From Amoebidium appalachense (lineage: Eukaryota; Protista; Ichthyosporea), in assembly GCA_963693365.1 (NCBI GenBank), contig CAVNZM010000016.1, forward strand, positions 5,696,543 to 5,760,542: DNA of 64,000 nt. The letters are read 5' to 3'. Shown in pieces: positions 1-15,777 of the stretch. A model generated the notes under the pieces. The model saw nothing but the letters and a program-made list of their open reading frames with translations. It did no database searches and was not told where the DNA came from. Each line of letters begins with the position of its first letter. Position 1 is the stretch's first letter. A program made the position numbers and the translations under genes.

Positions 1-72
1 TCGCACAATTAATCACTCAGATGCATGTTTGCGCATGCAGTGTACATGGCATCCCACAACCGTAGCTGTGTC

Positions 73-73
<1 letters not shown>

Positions 74-166
<93 letters not shown>

Positions 167-262
167 CGTGTGCGTGTACGTGTGTACGTGTGTGTGTGTG
201 TGTGTGTGTGTGCGTGTGCGTGTGTGCGCGACACTGTGCGTGTGTGCGTGTGTGTGTGTGTC

Positions 263-331
<69 letters not shown>

Positions 332-570
332 ATGTGTGTGTGTGGGCGCGCGCAAGGCATGTAAGTTTCCACAGTCACATGATCACGGCATATCTACCAC
401 CATATTTTGCCTTAAGGTTTCGGACACACCTGCTGTTTTTTTGCCTCCTACTCAAACTTTGCACACTTACCACACACACGCACGCATGCACACACACACG
501 CATGCGCACACACACACACACACGTACACACTCACACAAGTTGACATACACAAGCACAGACACACACACA
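74..570. repeat. (TG)n microsatellite followed by (CA)n tract; representative of dozens of (CA/TG)n, (CT/GA)n and poly-C/poly-G tracts across the window
   Basis: Directly visible; source of the poly-HT/VC, poly-P/G and poly-ER/LS ORFs in the track. Confidence 0.98.
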
Positions 571-1010
571 CCTTTCTATTGAATTACCAGCCGTTGATTC
601 TTTGCCAAGCATCACCTCTTCACTAACGTTAACCCTCTTTTTTTCCCACTTTGCTTCATCCCAAAGTCTTTTCATTTGCCTTTCCCCCAAAGGCCGGGAT
701 ATATCACGACACATCTAATCTTGATCAGAATATTACGGTAATGTGACGACGGAAATCCATGAGCTCGAATACCTTCGAACTTCATTATAATATTTCTCAT
801 CATTATTGTTTTTTCGGTTGTAATATCCCCCAATAGTTTCTGGTTTTTGACTTTGTTGAGTTCCGGAAAGGGTGATGTATATATCTCGCCCTATCAGTGA
901 CCCGCTGATTATCACAAGATATATCATGTACACATGAAATCCGCCACCGCATATAGCAAATGATAATCGTGATATTTTTGCAAGTCCCCCCCCCCCCCCC
1001 CCCCCCCCCC

Positions 1011-1046
<36 letters not shown>

Positions 1047-1069
1047 AAAAAAAAAAAAAAAAAAAAAAA

Positions 1070-5180
<4,111 letters not shown>

Positions 5181-5364
5181 TCGAAACTTTGAAACCACCA
5201 CCCTTTGAATTTCTGAATTTCTGCTTTCGGAAATACACACGCTCGCACACACAACCATCATGGGGGGAAGGGGGCAAACGTATACAGACGCACACACACA
5301 GTGACCACCACCATAACGTGTACACGTCAAGTGAAAGAGTATCCGAGCAATAACCTCCCCCCCT

Positions 5365-5395
<31 letters not shown>

Positions 5396-5398
5396 TCA

Positions 5399-5433
<35 letters not shown>

Positions 5434-5515
5434 ACCCCGGCGCGCCGCGGCCCCCCCCCCCCCTCCGGATCCTCCCCCCTCCCCCCCCAATGCTCCCTCC
5501 CAGAAGGCCATTAAT

Positions 5516-5549
<34 letters not shown>

Positions 5550-5769
5550 ACCCACCCACCCACCCACCCACACACATATTAGCGACCCGTGTTTAGTAGG
5601 CTAATTCTGAATAGGACGTTCAGTTTTTTTGAGGGACACTGCGGCGGCGCGCGCGTAATTTATAGTTCAAACCCTGTTTGTGGCGCGGTGTGATTGGTTG
5701 GTTATCCCGCCAAAAGTAAAACCCCTCCCGACGGCTAGCCTACGGTCACTCTGAGTGCTCGTGGTGCTG

Positions 5770-5864
5770 TCTTCCCTGCGGCCTCTTTTTATTTTTTTAT
5801 TTTATTTATTTATTTTTATGTTGCCGCAGGGCGAAAAAAAAAAAAAAAGAGGCCGCAGGGAAGA
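5770..5864. repeat. Short foldback: perfect 21-bp inverted repeat around a T/A-rich spacer (mini-MITE-like)
   Basis: TCTTCCCTGCGGCCTCTTTTT (5770-5790) is the exact reverse complement of AAAAAGAGGCCGCAGGGAAGA (5844-5864). Confidence 0.85.
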
Positions 5865-5994
5865 GTCCCGCGTTGTAGTATTGCCCGGCCACTTACGTAA
5901 GCCATGCAGTGGGTACATAGCCTTGGAGACAACCCTACGGCCCTAGGCTAGCTAGTAGTCGGAGTCCCTACTGATCGACGCTACTACAAGGGCC

Positions 5995-6088
<94 letters not shown>

Positions 6089-6325
6089 GAGGTTCTCTCT
6101 CTCTCTCGAGCTCTCTCTTCCTCTTTCAGTCTGAATTCTCTCTCTCTTCAAAGCGGCCATCTCTGTGTCTCCCCCCCCCCCCCCCCCCTCTCTCCGGATC
6201 GAGTCTCGCCTCTTTCAGTCTCTTACGGCCCGGCTCTATCTGCCCCCACAAGGCCCCCCCTCACCATCCCCGCAGATTTAGCCAAGCATTCACTGAATCC
6301 CTGAGTCCCGCTTATCCCCCCTTCA

Positions 6326-6357
<32 letters not shown>

Positions 6358-7806
6358 ACACTACCCACTAACCCCGGGATCCTGGGCTCCAACTGTCTTA
6401 TGTATGCAGTGCTGGTTCCTTCCCCACCCCGGGTCCCCACCTTCCCCCGAACCCTTATCTTCCCACTCCTGCAACTCCCACCTTCTAACCCCCCACTCTC
6501 CCCCTTCTTTACATATACACACACTCCCAGACCGTTTTGAAGACTGCAGCTGAGTCACCTGCTCCGTTCATTCTGCTACTGATACTATTATTATGTCTGC
6601 CAAGGTGGCTGCTCCTAACTGCAGGTAAGTTACAGCCTAGTATGTAGCATAAAATCCTGCCACCACCACTTTGTGTGGCTGCGCTAGGCTGCCATGCAGT
6701 CGAGTTCTCTTAAGCTGCTGAGGGCCTCATCCTCCAGCAATATTCATCTATGTAGTAGTCTCCGTTACGGTACTGGTATCATGATTCCCTGTTTTATAGT
6801 TAAAGTTTGGGTTCTGAAATGAAGTCCCTTTGTTTTTAGAACACCATCGAGGCTCGAGCTCCCTTCTGTCTGCCTTCGTATACTGTGCTGCCCCTTAAGG
6901 GTAAGTCTTTCCGAATTTAGTTGTTTCCCTCCCACCTCCCCTTTTTCACCCCACCCTCACTCTCCTATCCCCATCTTCCTTCCCTCCCTTCCACCCATCC
7001 GGCCCACTCTCATCTGCACCTCTTTAATCCCCCCTCCTCCCCCCCCCCCCCCACCAAAAGTAGTGCCGCGACTATTCTGGCAGTTACTCGTGGGCAAGGA
7101 GGTAGGTGGGCTCCCGGCTCCCGGAGATTGGGAGACTCAGTCCGGTGGAATTGTGAGACGGTGCATGTGTAGATGTATTTTTTCTTTTGTGTGTGTGTGT
7201 ACACTGTGTATGTGTGTGTGTGTGGGTGGTGATGGTGGCCAGTGGTGGTGGTGGTGGTGGTGGTGTATTTGTGGGAGCGCCGCCCCTGAGGGGGGGGGGG
7301 GGAGGGGGGGGGGGGGGGGGGGGGGGCCGGGGTTCGCATTACACAACAACCTGGTGAATATTAGGCGTTGATAATATTGGGAAAATCGTTCAAAGGCGAG
7401 GACAAGGAAAGAGATCATGAGTCAAGAACACCTTCACGGCTCTTGTGACTGATATAGCAAAGAAAGTTTCAAATTTTTTGAATTTCAAAACAAGGCAGCA
7501 ACCGGAGCCGTTAACTTAATCAGTCTGTCTCGGTAAAAATGAGTCTCGCATATGTAGCGATCTTCTCCGTCTGTGTACATAGTTCAAGTACTCACGGTAC
7601 ATGCCGCATAATAATGATATTCTTTATCATAACCGTTGCAGGTGCTGCGGGAAGCTGCTAAAAAGCGTACTACATGTCCACAGATGATTACTGCTATTCT
7701 TTAAGCTATAAGTCATGTACAGTATCACGACTCTTCGATGTGTGTTTAGGTCTATACCACCCACCTTATCTAAGCATTGCTAGTTATGGCATTGCAGAAT
7801 AGCTCA

Positions 7807-9108
7807 CTAATGCTGATATACTTGGGGTAAGCCACGAAGCTTGGTGAGTGACGAAGCTTGGTGAGTGACTGCTCCACTTGCCGTCGACTTTAAGTCGCCT
7901 AAACTAACGGGGCCTTGCCTTTTAAACCGACTTAGGCTAGGAGCCAATATCACCTCGTAAGCAATCTGAGTGGCGAGCCCGTCTAGAATGTAGATACACG
8001 CCAGCAACCTTGCAATGCTACAGATAATAAAATAATACATGCTTTGCCGGGAAAACACAATAGCCAAAGAACCCTGTATCAAAAGCAGTAAAAAGAGGCT
8101 CACGATTGTCCGCATATTATTGTGATAATCCATAAAACGCAAGTCAACAGGCGCGCCAGCCATTCCAATCTGGGAGTATTTATATATCAAGATAACGAAG
8201 AACAGAGCCCACAAACCATATATATCTATGATAACGTGTCTGTATTTTTGCTGCATACCCGCAACACATACCCAAATAAGGTTTCCGGAGTAGATGAACA
8301 AAGCAGACCAAGAAGTGAACATCAACGGCTTATAATACTCATACCTCCCCAGAATCTGAAGAGAGCGGTTGCGGAACATGAGATAGATTATTCGCTGCCG
8401 CTGGGCCACACTCGACACCGCCATCGTAAGGAAAACACATATGAAGAAGCTGTTCACTAGGTGGCGAGTGACCATGCGTTGCAGTGCGTCCCGAGCCGTT
8501 TCCATGGAAGGGAAACTTGAAACATCCAGATAGTCGCCTTTTGGGTCGAGATACCCGACAATGTCCGCTAGGAGAAGGGTTAAGCACACGAGCGATGCAA
8601 ACAGTCCAAACATGAGTTGGTTGATGAAGAACCACCCCCGCGCCTTCATTGTCGGTCTGTTTCGGAAAACGTAACACGCTATCCAAGCTGCGATGATAAG
8701 TACGCAAACCACTGTGTTCGCGTAGAGATTCACCCAGAATGTCCACTGATCATCCCCCCTGTATTGTTCGTAAAGAACTTTTAGCTGCCGTTTGGATAGT
8801 AGAACAGACGACATCAACGATGCTTTCTCTACCGCGGGCGTCGATGCATTTTGCAGGATTTGAATCGTACTTGTAAGATTGCGAATCACAGGCTCCATAT
8901 AGTGGTAGGACGAGAACGGTGCACGCACATGGCTGGCGACAATGAGTCCCGTTTCAATCAGCACCAGGAAGGCGAGAATGCAAAAGAATGCAATCCACGT
9001 CACAATGTAGTAGCGTTTCTCCAGCTTGCTAGTTGCTGCCGTCGGTGACAAAGTGGGGGCAATCGAACTGGACTGATGCAGACGAGCCACAACCACCTGG
9101 AGGGGCAT
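7807..9108 (-). CDS. Intronless multi-pass membrane protein (433 aa), class C / GABA-B-type GPCR-like 7TM domain with N-terminal signal anchor
   Basis: Long clean ORF; one N-terminal hydrophobic helix plus seven further hydrophobic segments. Loop 1 FRNRPTMKARG and TM3 end AQRQRIIYLMFRN resemble 7tm_3 motifs (R..p.ik.s; aKtwRv..iF.n). ORF is secure, family assignment less so. Confidence 0.75.
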   Translation of the reverse strand: MPLQVVVARLHQSSSIAPTLSPTAATSKLEKRYYIVTWIAFFCILAFLVLIETGLIVASHVRAPFSSYHYMEPVIRNLTSTIQILQNASTPAVEKASLMSSVLLSKRQLKVLYEQYRGDDQWTFWVNLYANTVVCVLIIAAWIACYVFRNRPTMKARGWFFINQLMFGLFASLVCLTLLLADIVGYLDPKGDYLDVSSFPSMETARDALQRMVTRHLVNSFFICVFLTMAVSSVAQRQRIIYLMFRNRSLQILGRYEYYKPLMFTSWSALFIYSGNLIWVCVAGMQQKYRHVIIDIYGLWALFFVILIYKYSQIGMAGAPVDLRFMDYHNNMRTIVSLFLLLLIQGSLAIVFSRQSMYYFIICSIARLLACIYILDGLATQIAYEVILAPSLSRFKRQGPVSLGDLKSTASGAVTHQASSLTKLRGLPQVYQH

Positions 9109-9549
9109 GCGGCCGGACTGGCCATCTTTAGCACTGCGGGTGATGGAGTATTCTGGTTAGTCACTAAGTGTGAAGTGTGGGCTGGTGATCATGCAACTAG
9201 GCCGGGCAACGGTAACGTTCTTATATACGTATTGAGTTGTTGCCGCCGGGTTGCAGTCTGCCACGCACGGTGGCAGTGGAGTTTGAGTGGACCCCTGAGG
9301 CCGGGCCGAGGCAGGAGTCATAGGCCTGCCGTCCCGGCAGGGTGGCACCGTGCGCCGGACTAAATGATTTAATTTGCCTTAGGCTAAACGCTAATCAACG
9401 GGCGTGCTAATGCCGCAATGTATGATGCAGGTGATCCAGACGGGCCGTGGCCGGCAAGAGTGAAAGGGACGTTTTCTTGTCCGGTATGACTGGTAGTAGG
9501 AACCTTGCAAATGTTGCGGCTCAGAACTGGCAGGAAGTCGCGCACGTGT

Positions 9550-9609
<60 letters not shown>

Positions 9610-9674
9610 GTGTGTGTGTGTGCGCGCGCGCACGCAGCGGGCGCGAGTGTATGTATGCACTGTGTGTGTGTCAC

Positions 9675-9720
<46 letters not shown>

Positions 9721-9904
9721 GAGAAAAGAAATCTGCTTACGTACCATTCTTTCTTTATTCTCATCGAAACCTTCTTACGTCCCATTCTTTCTTTCTTCTC
9801 ACCTCTTACACCGTCATTCTCACTTCCATTGCTCATTCTAGTGTGTGTGCGTGTGTGCATGTGTGTGTGCGAGTGTATGTGTGCGCTGTGTGTGTGTGTG
9901 TGTG

Positions 9905-9968
<64 letters not shown>

Positions 9969-10003
9969 TGGTGGTGGTGCCCCCCCCCCCCCCCCCCGGG
10001 GGT

Positions 10004-10072
<69 letters not shown>

Positions 10073-11339
10073 GGGGCGGGATTTATAATGTCGCTGACTT
10101 GACCAAATTGGACCTTTTTCACTTTGCGAAATATAAACCAAACAACAAACACTTAATTGGATTGCAAGTTAGTGAGTACTAGGATCGATATCCGCTTTGA
10201 CGCAAAAATGTGTTTTTAGCTTAGGAATACTGTCAGTGACCTAAAAAGTCTAAGTTAGCCAGCCTGAGACTCTTAAGACTCTAAGACTTACATACCTGTT
10301 TGTGCCGGCGTCTCCCGTTGACCCCATGGCCATGCTCAAAGACTCCTCTACTTCACCGGAATACATATGTACCGCGGCTGAATGCGGCGTTACGTTGTGG
10401 CTACTGAAGATGCCACTCAGCTTTCAAAGTGATATATAACACGGCCATTATATAGTAGCGCAGCACCAGGAAACTGCTTATAATTCTAAAGTCTTCAATG
10501 CATGGCAAAATTGGGCCTCGATGCACGGCGCCGGCGTCTGACTCAGCGTTCAACTGCAACAGTTCCGAATTGTCATTCCAAGCCTAACGAACGCCGAGTT
10601 TCTGTGATGATTAGCAACACGGTGAGCCTCCGGGCTCCGAACGTGCCCTGCATGCACATGAGTACTCAAGCTTAAAGAAAAAAGATTGCACACATGCACA
10701 ACGTTCCCTAGCGGCTTTCCGACCACAAATTTACTAAGGCTTGAAGTTCAGCTTGACGACTTCCAAGACTCTGAGCGAAATGAGACTGGCTCGATGTGGA
10801 TACATTACAAGGCAAAGTCAAACACAGTGTACCGACTCTACTACCGAGCCTGAGGCTCGCTGCTATTAAATAAGCACTGTCAGCTGTCGGATATATGACG
10901 CCAACTATGCACTTCGGGCCTATGGCGTCATTGATAATTCCAACTTTCTTTATTGTTTTACAACAGTCAGACAGTTATAGGGTCAAAGAAAGACATGTCA
11001 GTGAGTCATGTTAGACTATCTCCGCTTCCGAGCCTCATATGCATTCCAACAGCATTCCAATGCAATAAAACAATATGGAGATATGTGCAATTGAGGCATC
11101 TACTAAAAATAGCCTAGGGTTCATAGTGATCCTAAACGAGATTGGAATGTGGTCAGGATCTATTGTGAGTGTCATAGCCACATTTAAGGTATATTAAGTC
11201 TTTTTATCAAAAGTAAAGAGGCTTTGGGTGCTTTATAAAAGCGTTAGAATTATTAAGCGACACGTAAATTAGCTATAAGCATAATATGGTCTCTAACCCC
11301 TTCTTCATGTCAATGAGAAAGAATCACAATCTTATCATA

Positions 11340-11445
11340 CAGATGCCGTCAGCCATTAAGAACCCCCCCCCGAAGTGGGGGTGAGGGGCATAATCTTATT
11401 TCTTTTAGAGGTCGCTGTCATAATCTTAATGGCCGGGGGTGGGGT

Positions 11446-11497
<52 letters not shown>

Positions 11498-11809
11498 GCA
11501 ATGTCGTACGTGCACGGTAGTGTAACTTTAACGGATTGTATCGCGCGGCGGGGGAGGGGGGGGGGGGGGGGGGGGGGGGCACATGTGTTTGGGCCTCCCA
11601 GTGACTCTAGGTCTGGCGCCGTTTTTGCTACTGTTTGATTGGCTTGGCTTCCCGCCCACCCTTGACATGCATATTCGCATGACCAAATATGAATTCATCT
11701 CCCGTCCGCCAATAAGATCAGGCCAAAATCTGGCCGAGGGGCATAAACCTGACTTGGCCGCTAGCGCGTTAACTTATTGGCGGCGAATCTTAATGGCGGA
11801 CAGTATCTG
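11340..11809. mobile_element. Tc1/mariner (pogo/Tigger-like) MITE, 470 bp
   Basis: TA|CAGATGCCGTCAGCCATTAAGA ... TCTTAATGGCGGACAGTATCTG|TA: 22-bp TIR (3 mismatches), TA on both flanks, internal copies of the CCGCCAATAAGA motif. Confidence 0.85.
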
Positions 11810-12899
11810 TAATCGTGGCGGCGGCGCGAGCTGTCGTGGGCGGGGTTTATGCACTGTGTATTGCTGTGGACATCGTCAGGGGCCCAGCCTCACTTGACGT
11901 CCTACTGCGTTTTCCAGCGCAGCCAATCAAATGCAGCTAGTGACTTATGTACACTGTATGCAATAAAACAACCCTAGTATAGATTATGGATAAGCAGAAG
12001 CTAGCATTGGTAGCTCCGAGAGTCGTGGGCATCGATCAGGCCCCAGCGCAACCCAGCTAAGGCCTTAGCCCAAGCGATTTTTCCCCATTTTAAATTTTAA
12101 AGATATCGGCAACCAAATGCGGGGCTCCCGTCTGCGAAACAGGGGCGGAAGCCATGCCCCGCCTTAATGAGCCCCAGTCTATTACATGTCAGTTCTGCGT
12201 GTACACGGAAAGCAAGTGTCCGCCAGCGGCCCCCACCGATCCGGGGGGGGGGGGGGGGGGGGGGGGGGGGCAATTCGAATTTCGAAGATATGTAATAGGG
12301 GTGTCAGATCCTACGATGGCGCTCATTGTTGCCTAGCATGTACATATGTCACTGGCTGCATTTGATTGGCTGTGCTGGAAAACGCAGTAGGCCGTCGAAT
12401 GTGGCTGGGCCTCCGGCAATGTCCACGCAATAAAAAGTGTGTAAACCCCTGGTTTCGGGCCACCATTCTTCGAACAACTCGAATTTTGAGGCAGCGCCTC
12501 ATTAGTCCGGAAACAGTTCTTCGCAAATCGTATTTTGAAAGCATACCCGCCCAAGGTACAATATGAGAAAACCCCTATTTCAGTTACTTTCACATTTGTT
12601 GAATACCCCCAGTTTTGAACCAGCCAAAAATTCCATAGTCGGTAATTACTACTTAAATAATATAGTTAAACGCCAAGCGCCAGTTGGGTACCTATCACGC
12701 ACACGCATTCCAGTGCTGGCATTTATTTTCGCATTCCATTGTGGGCCCTACAAACAGGGGGGGATCTTACGAAAAAGAAACGTCGTAATTTTTTTATTTT
12801 TTTTTCTTTTGACTGGATTTATTCGACGGAAAGATATGCAAGTATGCACGGCATACTGAGAAGACAATGAAAAACCTTCACGAGTTATCCATTAACAAG

Positions 12900-13647
12900 T
12901 GCATACTGAGATACCTGAACACTGTGTGAAAATCATATAAATACTCAATGTGACGACCAACAGAATTCAACAAAAATGTCCTAATTAAGATTAACGAAAG
13001 ACCCCGATACGAATAAGGTTAGGGTGCCGTCGTAACAGCTTTCGTATCAGATGTATAGCATTATAAACGTTAAGCCCCCCTAACATCTAACTGTACCTAT
13101 TTTTTTCAAGATTTCTGTTAAAGAACATATCTACAGCGCTTCTCATGAGCAATATCAAGTGTCCAGGGCTTGTAAGTTTGCGATACTTAATTTGTAAAAA
13201 CGCGTATTTTGAGTTTTGTGACTGGAGAGGCGTTTTTAGCTGGGCTTGCAGATCCCCAAGAACCCCCCCATTACGATTAAGAAACTGTCCGTTACGATTG
13301 GCCAAAGGACAATACGGTTCAGTAAGCCTGGCCAACCCCAGCGCAACCCTGCCTACAAGCTTGCCCTCCATAGTAGTCCCACACGACCCCCTACTGACGT
13401 CATAGGATCGTAGACTAGAGAAGGGCTTCCGCCCCAACAATGTAGATAGCGACGGACGCCCCTATATACCAATATTGCGCGCATTTCTATTTACCAACTT
13501 TTTTCCTAGAACACCAAAACCTTTTTTCTTAGTATTATTGGTTCTTTCGACAGTGTCCACGGCAATAAATAGTGTGTAAACCCTTAGTCCGTTCTAAAGA
13601 GCCGATCATTGAATTTGGCCCAGTTTCTATCATCTATGCCCAACTCA
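12900..13647. repeat. Degenerate AT-rich repeat, inverted relative to 20281-20700
   Basis: 13461-13532 (TATACCAATATTGCGCGCATTT...CTAG..CAAAACCTTTTTTC) aligns to the reverse complement of 20333-20400; 13145-13210 aligns to the reverse complement of 20515-20578. Confidence 0.6.
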
Positions 13648-13698
13648 GGCGACTCGCAACATTTTTGGTGCTACCCTCAATTCCCAAGCTCCTAGGGT

Positions 13699-13905
13699 GT
13701 GACGTAATATTTGGCACGAAATTTATTTGGCACGAGCCTGCAAAACGGTGAAATTGGGGCAGGATGTCGCCCAGGCACCGACAGGAGCTTGGGGATACCC
13801 CTGGATGTGCTCCGCTAGCGGGCTGGTGCCAAATAAATTCGTGCCACATTTTACGTCACCAGGTTCGTGCCAAATTATTTGGTGCCAAATTTATTTGGGG
13901 CATAA
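13699..13905. mobile_element. Small foldback element with reiterated TTTGGCAC/GTGCCAAA motifs
   Basis: ~40-bp inverted repeat 13699-13738 / 13821-13859 (GTGACGTAA.AT.TGGCACGAA(A)TTTATTTGGCAC.AGCC); extra GTGCCAAAT copies at ~13868 and ~13882. Confidence 0.75.
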
Positions 13906-13989
13906 ATGGGTCGGTTCGAACTATTATGGGTCGAATCAGCTCGAATCGTTCCTGACCCGTTTTCTGACCCGTTTTTGTGGCTCATCGTT

Positions 13990-14576
13990 GGTGGCGTCTG
14001 ATTCGAGGAATAAACTCGAAAGGCGGGCTAAGCAAGACCACGTCAACCACGTGCAGGTGGTGGCGTACTTGAACGGGCAGTCACAGCCTGGACTGGCAGT
14101 TGACAGGTGTGACACAGCGCTAGCATCCTTATCATATTGCAGTAGGCCCATATAAAAATAATAAAAACAGACAACACCCTTTAATGCTCGATCATAACTG
14201 ACAGTACATATTTTGTGTGAGCATGGGTTACAAACATGCTCGCGTCCGCATTGGACGTGGGCAAGGCCATTGGGCTTTGCTGAGGATTCTCGTTCATGTT
14301 ATCCTCGCCTTTTGTCTTTTGGCTGCAGCGGGTTCAACAAACAACCCAGATGGGGTGAACAAAAAAGTCATTAAGGAAAACAAATCTTGGTCTAAAGATC
14401 ATGCCAAGCTGGAACAGCCATTCGTTGCACGGTACATTGATTATTGCATAGCGGATCATGAGGACTCTGTCGAAGCTGGCACGTGCCCTCCCCAGCCCTT
14501 CCTCAGGGATTGGGTGTGGCATCAAACCCGTCATGGCGGCCGGATAGATGCATCTACAGCGGAGGGAGTCCATCAG
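13990..14576 (+). pseudogene. Probable decayed 5' exons of the OTU gene, resembling the C-terminal end of a MULE-like DDE transposase
   Basis: RAKQDHVNHVQVVAYLNGQSQPG (ORF 13727) and exon 14329-14576 GSTNNPDGVNKK...YCIADHE resemble the 'H+.KGCLS.I.PG.GTNRNE.LH' region recalled from invertebrate transposase-OTU-CXC proteins. Splice phases do not join cleanly (frameshift needed). Confidence 0.35.
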
Positions 14577-15173
14577 GTGATCCCCTCCCCCCCCCCCCCC
14601 CCCCCCCCTCCCCCCCTCTCTCCCCACCACCCCCTGCCTCTTTTCCACTTTTTCTCTCCCCTCCCCTGTCTCTCTGTTCTGGGCCTTACAGGTGGTTCCT
14701 CCGTTTTAGAAGTTGTTTTTTATGTAATACGTTAGGTGTGTCCTTTTGCATCTTGTGGATACCAATGCCTTCACCGCTCAGGCCTTCCCTTGCACTTAAT
14801 CTTATGGACCTTTGTGCCTGTCCCATGATCTGTTTGGCATGATGTGTGTGCCTGTGTGTGTATGTTAAAGACAGGGGAGGGGGGGAAGGGGGAGAGGTCA
14901 GGGTAGGGAGAAAGGGAGGGAAGGATGGGTGGGTGGGAGGGTTGGAGGGAAGGAGGGAGGGGGAGAAAGGGTAGAGGGAGGGATGGCGGAAAAGACAGAA
15001 AGAGAGGGGCAAAGAGAGGAGGGCAGTCGGTAAAGAGGAAGGGCGGGAGGGTGGGACGGAGAGGGAGAAGGGGGAAGTGGAGAATTAGGCAGGGGAGGGG
15101 GCCGAGAGCAAGAGGGGGGGGTGGGGAGGGTGTGGGCGGTGTGTGTGTGTGTATGTGTGTGTGTATGTATGTT

Positions 15174-15204
<31 letters not shown>

Positions 15205-15303
15205 GGGGGTTGGATGGGGGATTCGGTTGGGAGTGGGTTCTTTATAGAACTGGCAACCATTGACCAGCTATTCTTTCACCCTGTCTTTGTCTTCACTCTG
15301 CAG

Positions 15304-15731
15304 CTTATGGCAATAATGGCAAATGTTCCTTGGCTGAGTGTGGTATGGAGGTTGGGTCTTTCGACAGTGATGGCTCTGACGATGACGATGAGGGGTCAAG
15401 TGACGAGAGCCCCGGTCCATTCAACGTGTCAACATGTGTGCGCCTAGCAGGCCGCAAGCTTAACGCCCGGCGTGCGATGCGCAAGCTGATTGGGTCTGTG
15501 CACAGCTCCGAGGGGTTTGCTTTAGCAGCACAGGACCCGGATCATCTGCTCTTCACTCTAGTGTTCTTTGACGAGGCCGTGGCAGCAGACATACAGCTTG
15601 CCAGGTGCTTCCTGCCGAACCCCCCCCCCCCCCCCCCCCTTCCCCTCCAACGCCCCCCCCGCTCCTCCCTCTCGCCTCTCCCCCCCTTTCCCTGCAGGGC
15701 CTCCTCCCCTTTCCCCCCACCCCCTTTCCCC

Positions 15732-15777
<46 letters not shown>

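Noticed and set aside
690-990. Possible hAT-like MITE (ATATCACGA ... TCGTGATAT), with similar texture at 22180-22515
   Set aside because: Inverted match too short and no TSD.
14736-14828. VCPFASCGYQCLHRSGLPLH as a C2H2 zinc-finger exon
   Set aside because: No second His, no credible donor, in-frame stop follows.
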